64,000 bases of DNA from an uncultured Enterobacteriaceae bacterium (GTDB lineage Bacteria > Desulfobacterota > Binatia > Bin18): assembly GCA_964495015.1 (NCBI GenBank), contig CAZBUD010000009.1:3371-67370 (forward strand), written 5' to 3'. The position numbers were made by a program, and so were the translations under genes. The notes below the pieces were generated by a model. It worked only from the letters and a program-made list of their open reading frames with translations, did no database searches and was not told where the DNA came from. This document shows, in pieces, positions 1 to 9,140 of this stretch (its first letter is position 1; each line of letters opens with the position of its first letter).

Positions 1-311
1 AAACGTCCCACAGTCCGGTCTGAAACCTGACTGCCTTTCTTGGGCCCGTCAAATTTGTCCCAGACTATGCCACAGCAAAACTGCACACCGCCAACTGGAA
101 TGAAATCGAGCCCTAGGTGAGTAAAGACAGCTATCACCTGCTTGGCGATATGCGGCGTGCGTAAAATATTACAGCCCAAGTACAGCACCGTGTCATAGGC
201 GCGATCGGGCGCTTGGTGCTTCTCGATCCATGACACGTCTTCTACCTTGATCTGTAATTGCTTGAGGTCTTGAAGGCGGCGAAAGAATGCGGAGTAGTTG
301 AACTCTGACAT
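1..311 (-). CDS. Cysteine-rich CCG-domain (heterodisulfide reductase/GlpC-like) Fe-S protein, N-terminal part; runs off the left edge
   Basis: Not in the ORF track. Manual translation from ATG at 311 (GGAG RBS upstream) is open to base 1: MSEFNYSAFFRRLQDLKQ...VLYLGCNILRTP...GGVQFCCGIVWD. The YxGC and CCG motifs are typical of CCG domains. Confidence 0.65.
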   Translation of the reverse strand, partial: MSEFNYSAFFRRLQDLKQLQIKVEDVSWIEKHQAPDRAYDTVLYLGCNILRTPHIAKQVIAVFTHLGLDFIPVGGVQFCCGIVWDKFDGPKKGSQVSDRTVGR

Positions 312-358
312 ATCTTTACTCCATCAAATCATCGGTAGGGTAATTCATGCATTTCCTT

Positions 359-381
359 GGGCGAGGGTACCTCGACCCTAC
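359..381 (-). repeat. GTAG-type REP-like palindrome
   Basis: Minus strand GTAGGGTCGAGGTACCCTCGCCC: GTAG head plus imperfect hairpin, in an intergenic position. Confidence 0.5.
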
Positions 382-400
382 AATGGGCCGTGGGGTCTGT

Positions 401-1183
401 TTAATTCAGGAAAGCGGTCACTGAGAGGACAAACTCCTCAGGTTGTTCATAGGGGATCATGTGTCCTGCTTGCTCAATTTCAACAATCTCGGCAGTGGCA
501 ATCTGCTTTTTGAACTGCTCAGCGTAGACCGGCGGAATCAGGGTATCGCTCTTGCCCCACACCAGCAGCGTTGGCGCAGTTAAGCGATACAAACGTTTTG
601 AAAGCCTGCGGTTGGGGACTGGGAACAGAATTTTCCCCGCCATACTCAGACGGCGTGAGTTACCAATATAGAACTCTTTCAACGCCTCGGGGTTCTTCAG
701 ATCGAGTCCGCCGGTCAGCATGGCCTCACCTTGTGCTCGGTCATGGAACAGGTATTGCGCGAACTCATGCGGAAGAAATGAGAAGATATCCGGAATGGGA
801 TGCTCAGCTATCCACAGTCCGGCTGATGCCACGAGCACGAGCTTGGACACGTCGTTCGGGGCCAGGCTCGCCATTTCCGCCGCAATCATGCCGCCCATGG
901 AATGGCCGACAATATGCGGCTTGGAGAGGCCCAGCGCATGAACCACATCCCAGCCGTGCAGACTGAAATCCAGCATATCTTCCAACAACCCTTCGTCGGT
1001 TGATTCGCCAAAACCAGGAAATTCCGGGGCAAATACCTGGTAGTGTTCGGCCAGTTGATCGAGAAAGGGATTGTCCGGAAACAATCCGCCTGCTCCGTGC
1101 ATGAAGACCAGAGGATCGCCGCTGCCCCCTTCAAAGACCCGAACCTGTACGCCCCGTTTCGTTTTGATCATGCGGCCGTTCAT
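401..1183 (-). CDS. Alpha/beta fold hydrolase
   Basis: HGAGG oxyanion motif, GHSMGG nucleophile elbow, C-terminal GH. ATGA overlap with the upstream LLM gene. Confidence 0.9.
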   Translation of the reverse strand: MNGRMIKTKRGVQVRVFEGGSGDPLVFMHGAGGLFPDNPFLDQLAEHYQVFAPEFPGFGESTDEGLLEDMLDFSLHGWDVVHALGLSKPHIVGHSMGGMIAAEMASLAPNDVSKLVLVASAGLWIAEHPIPDIFSFLPHEFAQYLFHDRAQGEAMLTGGLDLKNPEALKEFYIGNSRRLSMAGKILFPVPNRRLSKRLYRLTAPTLLVWGKSDTLIPPVYAEQFKKQIATAEIVEIEQAGHMIPYEQPEEFVLSVTAFLN

Positions 1184-2442
1184 AGCGGTATCCGTGCGTC
1201 CTGGCGTGCCTGCTCAATGCCTTGCTCGGGCTGGAGCCGTTCATCCATAGGCTTGCACCACCAACGGTTGTCGTCCTTCCATTCTGGCCACATATCACGC
1301 AGCTGGGGCATCACTTGCTCGGCAAACAGCTTAGAGGAATAACGCGTCTTCCAGTCCGGCATATTGCCAATATGCATCAAGCAGAAAATATTGCCCACCC
1401 GGAGGCTCTTAATCAGATCTTCCATGCGTTCGCGGACCGTGGCCGGGCTGCCGGCAATGATATAACCCTCGTCGACCAGCTTTTTCCACGTTAGGTTCAG
1501 ATACTGGTTCTGCATATCTTCACTCAAAGCGCTGAGGACGTCGGCCTTAATCGTCTTGATAGTGCGATAGCCCGGCGCATCGGCAAAACCGCCGTAGACG
1601 TGCAGACAGCGGTTATAGAAATAGTGGACATGCTCAGCGTACATTTCTTCTGCTTGCTGGTCTGTGTCAGCCACACAAATAGTTTGGGCAAATGCTGCAC
1701 GGTAGGGGGATTCGTCTTTCCCGCGTACGGCCACGCGGTCCCAATAGCCGTCCATCAATTTTTTTGCGCGCAGATAGCCGTTGAAGGACAGATACGAATA
1801 GTTATAGTTGTTATCCAAGCAGAAGTCCCACGTTTCAATCGAACCGCCACCAGGGATATAAATTGGCGGGTTGGGCTTCTGAACAGGTTTCGGCCAGAGA
1901 TTCACATAACGAAGTTGGGTGTATTTCCCGTCAAAGGCAAAGGGCTCATCTTCATGCCACGCCCGCATCACGAGCTCGTGGGCCTCTGCATACTTATCGC
2001 GGGTCAAACCCGGAATCTGGCCGTAGCAATAGTTGGTGTCCATCGAAGTGCCGACCGGAAACCCGGCAATCAGCCGTCCGCCCGAGATCACGTCAAGCAT
2101 GGCGAATTCTTCGGCAACCCGAATCGGAGGATTGTACAGGGCTAGCGAGTTGCCTATCACAGCGATAGCGGCCTGGGACGTACGGCGCACTAGTCCTGCG
2201 GCAATGAGGTTCGGGGAGGGCATCAGCCCATACCCATTTTGATGGTGCTCATTCACCCCAATGGCGTCATAACCCAGGGAATCTGCATATTCGAGCTGGT
2301 CCATGTATTCATGATAGACAAAGTGACCTTTCTTCGGGTCATACAGCTTGTTCGGTATGTCCACCCAGACAGAACGGTGATCTTCTCGGAAATTATCGGG
2401 CAGGTCCGGCCAGGGCATGAGATTGAACCAGGTGAATTTCAT
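1180..2442 (-). CDS. Luciferase-like (LLM class) flavin-dependent oxidoreductase
   Basis: NEHH motif, PIRVAEEFAMLDVISGGRL, PKPVQKPNPPI, IIAGSPATV. Confidence 0.9.
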   Translation of the reverse strand: MKFTWFNLMPWPDLPDNFREDHRSVWVDIPNKLYDPKKGHFVYHEYMDQLEYADSLGYDAIGVNEHHQNGYGLMPSPNLIAAGLVRRTSQAAIAVIGNSLALYNPPIRVAEEFAMLDVISGGRLIAGFPVGTSMDTNYCYGQIPGLTRDKYAEAHELVMRAWHEDEPFAFDGKYTQLRYVNLWPKPVQKPNPPIYIPGGGSIETWDFCLDNNYNYSYLSFNGYLRAKKLMDGYWDRVAVRGKDESPYRAAFAQTICVADTDQQAEEMYAEHVHYFYNRCLHVYGGFADAPGYRTIKTIKADVLSALSEDMQNQYLNLTWKKLVDEGYIIAGSPATVRERMEDLIKSLRVGNIFCLMHIGNMPDWKTRYSSKLFAEQVMPQLRDMWPEWKDDNRWWCKPMDERLQPEQGIEQARQDARIPL

Positions 2443-2639
2443 TACTTCCTCCGTTGCGTGGGCGTATCTCTCGTTGCAGGGACGGTGTCTTTGCGGCTTT
2501 CCTCTTGTCCGAACTTATCGGAGCTTGGGCGAGAACTCTAGACCAACAAGAGGTTGGGCTGAAGGGAACGCGAAGATGGTAGGGGGGGATCCTTTAAGAC
2601 CCGCCGGCCTTTCTCCGTTAGCAGGGACGTTAAGACGAA

Positions 2640-3896
2640 TTACAGCATCTCGTAAAAGCTGCCCTCACCGGGCACAAAGAGGCGGCTGTAGAAGCGCATG
2701 GCGTAGGAGTCGGTCATACCGGCCAGGAAGTCGCAGATGACGCGTTTCCGGTCGGTTTCGTTGCCGTCGAGTACCGCTTTCTCGTAGTGCTCGCCATGAT
2801 TTTCGGGGAAGAGGCCGATGGACTCGTGGCCTTGATCGAGCACGGCAAAGAGCCGTTGCAAAACTTCTTTGCCTTTGTGTCCGAGGGTGGTCACACGTGG
2901 GTTGTGAATGACTTTATACGATTCAAACGCCTTGAGCGCTTCAATGCGGACCCGGTTGGGAAAATCGGTATCGATAAAGCCGTTGGGCTGAACGGCGACG
3001 GGGCTGGCAAACTCGTGGATCAAATCGCGAGTTAACATTTTTCGTCCTGCCCGGACTGAGCGCTGCTCAAGCCGTTCGAGCCGGTCGGCAATTTGGGCGA
3101 GCTCGGTATGGACGGTACCTTCATCGACTATGCGCTCCCAGACCGTCAGGTTGGTATTCACGTCATGCACAACCCGGGCAGGCGGCAGACGTCGTAAGTC
3201 TGCCGTCGTTAATAAACCTGCCTTGAGGCTGTCTTCCAAGTCGTGCACGGAATAGGCAATGTCGTCGGCAACATCCATGATCTGACACTCGAAGCTCCGT
3301 CTGTGGCTGTTGCCGGTGTGTTGAGTAATCGTCTCTACCAGTGCGCGGTCCCAGGCGTAGTAGCCTTTCGTCGGCCGCTGTGGAGCGCTGGCTATAGCTG
3401 CCTGGTCGATACACGTCTTATATTTGAGCACACCATCAAGGGTGTGATAGGTCAGGTTTAACCCGGCATAGTCCTCGTGTTTTTGCTCAAGATAGGTCAG
3501 GATGCGAAAGGTCTGGGCGTTGCCCTCAAAGCCACCGTGCGCACGCATAAGTGCATGCAGCGTCCGCTCTCCATTATGCCCAAAGGGTGGATGGCCCAGG
3601 TCGTGGGCTAAACACACGGCTTCGACCAAGTCCGTATCGGCCCCGAGTGCGAGGGCAATACCTTTGGCAATTTGTGCCACTTCGAGCGAATGCGTGAGCC
3701 GGGTACGAAAAAAATCACCTTCATAGATACCGAAAACCTGGGTCTTGCCTTGCAGTCGTCGAAAAGCAGCGGCATGAATAATCCGTGCCCGGTCGTGCTC
3801 AAATTCGGACCGGCAGTCGCTCTTCGCATGGCCTGGTTCCGGGGTATGGCGAAAGGCATGTGCTGTTTGGGCAGGTGTCACTGTTCCCTCTCTCAC
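2640..3896 (-). CDS. dgt: dGTP triphosphohydrolase-like HD-domain protein
   Basis: FRRLQGKTQVF, RTRLTHSLEVAQ, AHDLGHPPFGH, DDIAYSVHDLED, and C-terminal DFLAGMTD motifs. Confidence 0.9.
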   Translation of the reverse strand: MREGTVTPAQTAHAFRHTPEPGHAKSDCRSEFEHDRARIIHAAAFRRLQGKTQVFGIYEGDFFRTRLTHSLEVAQIAKGIALALGADTDLVEAVCLAHDLGHPPFGHNGERTLHALMRAHGGFEGNAQTFRILTYLEQKHEDYAGLNLTYHTLDGVLKYKTCIDQAAIASAPQRPTKGYYAWDRALVETITQHTGNSHRRSFECQIMDVADDIAYSVHDLEDSLKAGLLTTADLRRLPPARVVHDVNTNLTVWERIVDEGTVHTELAQIADRLERLEQRSVRAGRKMLTRDLIHEFASPVAVQPNGFIDTDFPNRVRIEALKAFESYKVIHNPRVTTLGHKGKEVLQRLFAVLDQGHESIGLFPENHGEHYEKAVLDGNETDRKRVICDFLAGMTDSYAMRFYSRLFVPGEGSFYEML

Positions 3897-4075
3897 TCAC
3901 AGCATAAACGAGTTCTGTTCTAGCTGGCAAGGCACTGTTCCTTTGCACACTACGGGGTGCGTGTGACAAAAGGCTGTTTAGTTGGGATGTCAGTGAAACA
4001 CACAGATAGTACCCCACGTATTGAGAGAGAGGCTCAGGCGGGGCGAATGGGCGGAAGTGAGAGTCTTTTTTCTTC

Positions 4076-4635
4076 GTGCGGAGGAGGAAGGCGTATATAC
4101 GAATTCGACAAGTCTATATTGGAGTGCTTGCGTTCATGGTTGTGGCTGGCTGGAGTGCGAGTGGTTGGGCTGGTACACGCCCGATCGACGGCAGCCGCAC
4201 GATCGAGGCCGGCTGCCGTTCGTCATTTGTCCCGGTCAGAAATCTTTTTGGAAAAGCAAATGAGGATTGTCTTACTATCATGCACAGTTATGTCAGTATC
4301 GAGCTGATTGGTTTCATAATCGACGGGAAGGGATCCAGGCTTGCCGCATTTCCAACTCTATGATTCGTGCCAGTGGGAACAGTACCTCGAGTATCGGACT
4401 GTCGGCGGGCCCTGCCAGTACTGTGAAGTGCAATACCTTGAGGGCGCATGTCGGGACCGGTTTGGGCTCGTGGGTGGGGAGTTCTGTGACGCAGAATACG
4501 GTCTTGGATACGAATGGAGTTGAGATTTCCGTCACCTGCCCGACCAATGTGTTCCAGAATACGACAACTGACAATCTTGGTACGAATCTGGTGAAATCCG
4601 GAGCCAAGTGTAATGTAGTCAATAACATGGAGTGA
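4076..4635 (+). pseudogene. Frameshifted secreted right-handed beta-helix-like protein
   Basis: ORF 4076-4363 gives a signal peptide plus DCLTIMHSYVSIELIGFIIDGKG, resembling the beta-helix N-terminal 'DCL.I...V.IDLNGF.I.G'. The Asn/Thr/Gly-rich repeats continue in another frame (4267-4635). Confidence 0.5.
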
Positions 4636-4756
4636 CTTCTGCAGCGCTTTTCTGTGGCTGACAGCTCAAGTCTAGTGTAGGGGGCATACGGAGGAAGCGT
4701 CGGCGCGCTGGCGCTTTGGAGGAGTGCTAGCCCCATGGTAGTGGTAGAGGTGCAGG

Positions 4757-5137
4757 ATGAGGAGGATGAAGAGACCCGTGTGGTTACCGGGCGCATGCAT
4801 GCTCTGGTTTGTCCTTTTTGTCGGTTGTAGCGCCCCGCAGCGGACGCCGGCCCAGGCTGTCAACGACCCGTTTTTCGCCCAGGCTCCGCCATGGGACGCG
4901 TCGGTCATGCAGCGGAGTGAAATCCTATCACAGCAAGAAACTGACGCGTAGGGTAATAATACAGATGTGTGCGGTAATAGTGCCGACGCGCCCGGCGTTA
5001 GCGCACCCGCGCTCGGAATGGTGGCGATGGAGGAAGAGGAATCCACCCTCGAAAAGGGTTGCAACATCGTCATCACTTCCGTTGCAGTCGGGGCCTCGCT
5101 CGAGAATTTATTCCTGCTGCCGCTACTCATTCCATAA
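4757..5137 (+). pseudogene. Small lipoprotein-like ORF interrupted by one in-frame TAG (4949-4951)
   Basis: GAGGAGG RBS and lipobox FVGC. The frame stays open after the TAG to TAA at 5135-5137, ending in a hydrophobic tail. Confidence 0.45.
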
Positions 5138-5254
5138 AGTTCAGACCGAGTCATAGGGCCTCGGTAGCGGCGTGTCCCGTCTAGAACTGTGCCCGCCCGT
5201 TCCTGCTTCGACGGAGCTGACCACGAACGGCTCTTGTCCGCAGTCTCTCGTTTT

Positions 5255-5332
5255 GTTCTCCCTGAGCCTTTCGACTCCGCTCAAGAGGGGGTTGTCGAAG
5301 CCTGTCATGAGCAAAGCCGAAAGGGGGAACGG
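5255..5332. repeat. Degenerate intergenic palindromic repeat (CCTGAGC...TCGA...CTCA type)
   Basis: GTTCTCCCTGAGCCTTTCGACTCCGCTCAAG...GTCGAAG...GGGGAAC with nested inverted repeats. Confidence 0.4.
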
Positions 5333-5414
5333 CACCAACATGGAGCATACTTTTTAGGTATGCAGTGGCAAAGAGGGCCTGCCTATGCTCTAATCGCGGC
5401 CCGAGGAGGCTGGT

Positions 5415-6578
5415 ATGGAAACGCTCAAGGATCAAACCGCGATTGTTGGAATCGGACACACCGAGTACTCGAAAGATTCGGGCCGAAGCGAAATGAGTCT
5501 TGCGGTCGAGTCAATCCGGAATGCCATTAACGATGCAGGGCTCAAGCCCGGCGACATCGACGGTATCGCAAAATTCAGCATGGATAACAACGATCCGGTC
5601 GATATCGCGGCCAATCTCGGCATTCCGGCCCTACGATTTTACGGCGAAGCCCCGTATGGCGGTGGCGGTGGTCCGGTGGGGTCGATTATGCTCGGAGCAA
5701 TGGCTGTGGCAACCGGTATGGCAAACTGTGTCATTGCTTTTCGGGCCATGAATGAACGCTCCGGACGTGGGACCCCACGTTTTGGGCGTGCGGCTGTTCG
5801 CAAAGGCGTGGCAGGCGTCGGGGCCTATCTCGACCCGTACGGGCTGTTCAGCCCGGCCCAAATGGTGGCCCTAGCCGCACGACGGCATATGCATTTGTAC
5901 GGCACCAAGAGTGAACATTTCGGTGCGATCTCGGTTGCGTGTCGGACGCATGCACAGACGAATCCTAATGCTATCATGCGTGGCCGTCCGATTACACTGG
6001 AAGATCATCAAAGCTCACGTATTATCGCCGACCCGCTCCATTTGCTGGACTGTTGCTTGGAAACTGATGGCGGTGCGGCTGTGGTGATTACCTCTACCGA
6101 GCGCGCAAAAGATTGCAAACACACACCGATTTCTATTATGAGCGGAGCCTTTGGGGCTGGTGAATGGAATACTCAGCGTGTGGTCAAAAACGTTGAGAAA
6201 CCGGAAACGGAGTCGACCATAGCCGGCAAGGCTCTTTTTGCCCGTGCGGGCATTACGCACGGCGATGTGGACGTGTGTTTTATTTACGATCACTTTACCC
6301 CCCTGGTCTTAATGGCAATCGAAGAGCTGGGCTTTTGTCAGCGTGGAGAAGGGGGAGCGTTTGTCTCAGACGGTAAATTGCTGTGGCCGAACGGCTCTTT
6401 GCCACTCAACACCAGTGGTGGCAATCTATCCGAAGGCTATATCCATGGCATGGAGAATGTGGTTGAAGCCGTGCGGCAACTCCGAGGACAGGCCATCAAC
6501 CAAGTTGAGGATGCGGAGATTGCCTTTGTCTCCTCGGGCAACGGAGTGCCGACCACGGCTATGCTGCTGCATCGCTAA
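5415..6578 (+). CDS. Thiolase-superfamily SCP-x/lipid-transfer-protein type enzyme (Ltp2-like, probable aldolase)
   Basis: AIVGIGHTEYSKDSGRSE, CCLETDGGAAVV, YDHFTP, LNTSGGNLSEGYIHG. No nucleophilic Cys in the GGGGG loop. Confidence 0.85.
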   Translation: METLKDQTAIVGIGHTEYSKDSGRSEMSLAVESIRNAINDAGLKPGDIDGIAKFSMDNNDPVDIAANLGIPALRFYGEAPYGGGGGPVGSIMLGAMAVATGMANCVIAFRAMNERSGRGTPRFGRAAVRKGVAGVGAYLDPYGLFSPAQMVALAARRHMHLYGTKSEHFGAISVACRTHAQTNPNAIMRGRPITLEDHQSSRIIADPLHLLDCCLETDGGAAVVITSTERAKDCKHTPISIMSGAFGAGEWNTQRVVKNVEKPETESTIAGKALFARAGITHGDVDVCFIYDHFTPLVLMAIEELGFCQRGEGGAFVSDGKLLWPNGSLPLNTSGGNLSEGYIHGMENVVEAVRQLRGQAINQVEDAEIAFVSSGNGVPTTAMLLHR

Positions 6579-6772
6579 CGTGTCGCCTCTGCTCGTTTCT
6601 GGTAGCCGTCGCACTCCAGAACCGGCAAGCGCGGATATTTGGGATAGTCTTCTTCCATTTTGGAGCGTCCGCAATAATAAAAGCGAGACCCCTTGCCGCT
6701 GACGATTTCACGTGTATGCCTGCACGAGGTACAGAGTCCCGTTTCAAACGAAGGTAGATGCTGTTCAGTCAT
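6575..6772 (-). CDS. Small conserved-looking 4-Cys protein (65 aa), possibly zinc-binding
   Basis: MTEQHLPSFETGLCTSCRH...SRFYYC...YPKYPRLPVLECDGY. ATG at 6772 preferred over the 6877 start in the track. Confidence 0.6.
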   Translation of the reverse strand: MTEQHLPSFETGLCTSCRHTREIVSGKGSRFYYCGRSKMEEDYPKYPRLPVLECDGYQKRAEATR

Positions 6773-6920
6773 CTCAAGATGCGGCTGTGGTGCGGGGATA
6801 AGAATCTCCGCGTGTTCGCCTCGGCCTCTATTCCTCTCGACAACAAGCTTATTAAACGAATAGGCCAAAGGACACAACGGTTGTGACGTCTATCCTGTTT
6901 CGGAAGGAAAGGAGGCCAGC

Positions 6921-7379
6921 ATGGCAGCCCGCATAGTGGAATATGGCGATGTGAAATCCCTGGTTGGTCAAGAACTCGGCACTTCGGATTGGCATCTTGT
7001 CACCCAAGGGGAAATTAATACATTTGCTGCTGCGACCCACGATCATCAATGGATACACATTGATGTCGAGCGAGCGAAAAAGGAGTCGCCGTTCGGAGGG
7101 CCGGTCGCGCATGGGTATTATACGCTTTCGCTTGCACCGTATTTCTTGGACCAAATCTGGGCAGTCCAAGGGATTAAGATGGGTGTGAATTATGGACTGA
7201 ATAAATTGCGCTTCCCTTCTCCTGTGCCCGTCGGGAAAAAAGTCCGGGCGCATGCTACGCTCAACAACGTGGAAGATGTGACCGGCGGCATCCAAGTGAC
7301 GGTCGGACTCACGTTTGAGGTCGAAGGGGGCAGTAAGCCGGCCTGCGTGGCCGAAGGCGTGTATCGCTTCTACGCATAG
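6921..7379 (+). CDS. MaoC/NodN-family dehydratase
   Basis: GGAGG RBS; DHQWIH (D-x4-H dyad), VAHGYYTLSL, NYGLNKLRFPSPV. Confidence 0.9.
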   Translation: MAARIVEYGDVKSLVGQELGTSDWHLVTQGEINTFAAATHDHQWIHIDVERAKKESPFGGPVAHGYYTLSLAPYFLDQIWAVQGIKMGVNYGLNKLRFPSPVPVGKKVRAHATLNNVEDVTGGIQVTVGLTFEVEGGSKPACVAEGVYRFYA

Positions 7380-7399
7380 AGAAGGTTTTGGACATGCGT

Positions 7400-7437
7400 A
7401 AGCCCGAGGGCATGCGGCGCTCTCCGGCTTTTTGTTA
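7400..7437 (+). terminator. Probable rho-independent terminator
   Basis: AAGCCCGAGGGC...GCTCTCCGGCTT hairpin followed by TTTGTT, just after the MaoC stop. Confidence 0.55.
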
Positions 7438-7695
7438 TTCGGTCGTTTCAGATTCTGGCGGCGCGTCGGGTCTATCGGCTGTCGGTGTATCCGCCTCAGG
7501 CTCTTGTCCCCGAGTAGTCCCGGCTGAGGACTGTTGGAGTGCGGCTTTTGTCCTGTCGTCAATCTTGCCTGTCTCGGAGAGCCCTAGATCACGTTGAAAT
7601 TGTTGCAGTGCGTCTCGCGTCCGGCCTCCCATAAGACCATCCGGAGGACCAGGGTTATAGCCTTGTTTAAGGAGAGCTTCCTGCGCCCATTTCAC
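7435..7695 (-). CDS. Peptidoglycan-binding domain protein; N-terminal lipoprotein signal apparently disrupted
   Basis: AQEALLKQGYNPGPPDGLMGGRTRDALQQFQRDLGLSETG matches PG_binding_1. The frame extends upstream to FLFSC-TAKALPPPP but is closed by TGA, and the ATG near 7804 is out of frame. Confidence 0.65.
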   Translation of the reverse strand: MKWAQEALLKQGYNPGPPDGLMGGRTRDALQQFQRDLGLSETGKIDDRTKAALQQSSAGTTRGQEPEADTPTADRPDAPPESETTE

Positions 7696-7860
7696 CTCCG
7701 GGCTCGGCTTTTGCGGTGGGGGCGGGAGTGCCTTGGCCGTACAGGAGAAAAGAAAAATATTCCGTCAAGAAATATTCGTCTGGGGCTAATCGCTTTCGGA
7801 ACATTTCGTTAAGTCGATTTGTTTTGGAAAGTAGAAAGCCGCAAAGAGATGATTGTGGTT

Positions 7861-8985
7861 TCAGATTTCCGGCCGTAAGCGCTGAGCATATTTGCGATAC
7901 AAACCACGGAACTGGTGATAGGTAAGTCCTAGTTGCTCAGCTGTTTTGCGTTGGTTATAGCGTGTTTTCTTGAGGGCGCGTTCGAGCAGCAGGCATTCGA
8001 AATCTTGTACCGATTCAACAAATGGTTTGTCCGCTCGGGGAAGAGGAAGGCCAAGTTCGCTTTTGCCAGGCGCTTTTTTTATGGATGTCTGATGTAAAGA
8101 ATCAGACCTGTCTGGGGTGGAGAAAGAAAACGGTGACTGAAACGGATCAGTCACGATATCGGAACCGCGGATAGTTACGCTATTCGCGCGGTACACTGAT
8201 CGCTCGACAACGTTCTTTAATTCTCGGATATTCCCTGGCCACTGGTACTGTTCAAGAGTAATGAGTGCCTGCTCGCTGAAACGGGGGACGTTGTCTTTCC
8301 CCAGCTCAAACGCCATACGAGCGGCAAAGTGATTTGCTAAGAGAAAAATATCCTCACGCCGTTCCCGCAAGGGGGGAAGGAAAAGGACCTCAAAAGAGAG
8401 TCGGTCAAGCAAATCGGCCTTAAAGCGGCCCTGGATTGCCAGGGCTTTGAGATCGGCATTGGTCGCACCGATAATTTGGACATTCACCGAGATCGGCTGC
8501 GAACTTCCCACCCGCTCAAAGCTACCATATTCAACTGCGCGAAGAATTTTCTCTTGGGATTCAGGTGGTATTTGACCAATTTCGTCCAGAAACAGGCTAC
8601 CGCCGTTGGCTGTCTCAAAACGGCCCAGGCGCCGTCGGGTTGCGCCAGTAAAAGCGCCTTCTTCATGGCCGAACAACTCCGCTTCAATAAGCGCAGGCGA
8701 CAACGCTGCACAGTTCAGGGTAACAAACGGTCCTTGCCAACGCGCAGAGAGGTAGTGCAGTCGGGACGCGGCCAGCTCCTTTCCTGTCCCGCGTTCGCCC
8801 ATGAGCAAGACCGACCGGTTGACCTGAGCGACTTGAGAGAGCTGCTCTTGGAATTCTAAGAAGGCTTCGGACTGGCCGAGCGCCTCCATTTGATTGAATG
8901 GCGGATTTTCCGAGAGATCTGTCTGATTCTTCAAAAGTGAATCCGGGAGTAACGGGTGGTCTTTTTGAGTGGGATTTTTCGCCAT
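7861..8985 (-). CDS. pspF: Phage shock protein sigma54 activator PspF (true start may be nearer 8889)
   Basis: GERGTGKE Walker [38 protein letters not shown]-terminal HTH. Divergent from pspA. Confidence 0.92.
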   Translation of the reverse strand: MAKNPTQKDHPLLPDSLLKNQTDLSENPPFNQMEALGQSEAFLEFQEQLSQVAQVNRSVLLMGERGTGKELAASRLHYLSARWQGPFVTLNCAALSPALIEAELFGHEEGAFTGATRRRLGRFETANGGSLFLDEIGQIPPESQEKILRAVEYGSFERVGSSQPISVNVQIIGATNADLKALAIQGRFKADLLDRLSFEVLFLPPLRERREDIFLLANHFAARMAFELGKDNVPRFSEQALITLEQYQWPGNIRELKNVVERSVYRANSVTIRGSDIVTDPFQSPFSFSTPDRSDSLHQTSIKKAPGKSELGLPLPRADKPFVESVQDFECLLLERALKKTRYNQRKTAEQLGLTYHQFRGLYRKYAQRLRPEI

Positions 8986-9088
8986 TTCTTGGTTTTTATA
9001 GCCTAGGAACTGTTTGAAAAACTATACCCCAGTTTCTTGCATATTTACAAGGGCCTAAAAGAAATGGACTTTTTTACTTTCCAACAAT

Positions 9089-9104
9089 TGGCACGCCGCC
9101 TGCT
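9089..9104 (+). promoter_or_regulatory. Sigma54 -24/-12 promoter of pspABC
   Basis: TGGCACGCCGCCTGCT with exact GG-N10-GC spacing, 37 bp upstream of pspA and opposite pspF. Confidence 0.85.
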
Positions 9105-9140
9105 AATACCTGACTGAAGACTACACAAAGGAGAGACAGG

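Noticed and set aside
2640-3896. dGTPase as an anti-phage nucleotide-depletion system
   Set aside because: It looks like the ordinary stand-alone Dgt family and has no defence-island neighbours.
4949-4951. Pyrrolysine recoding at the in-frame TAG
   Set aside because: It is not a methyltransferase-type context, there are no pyl genes in the window, and nonsense lesions are common here.
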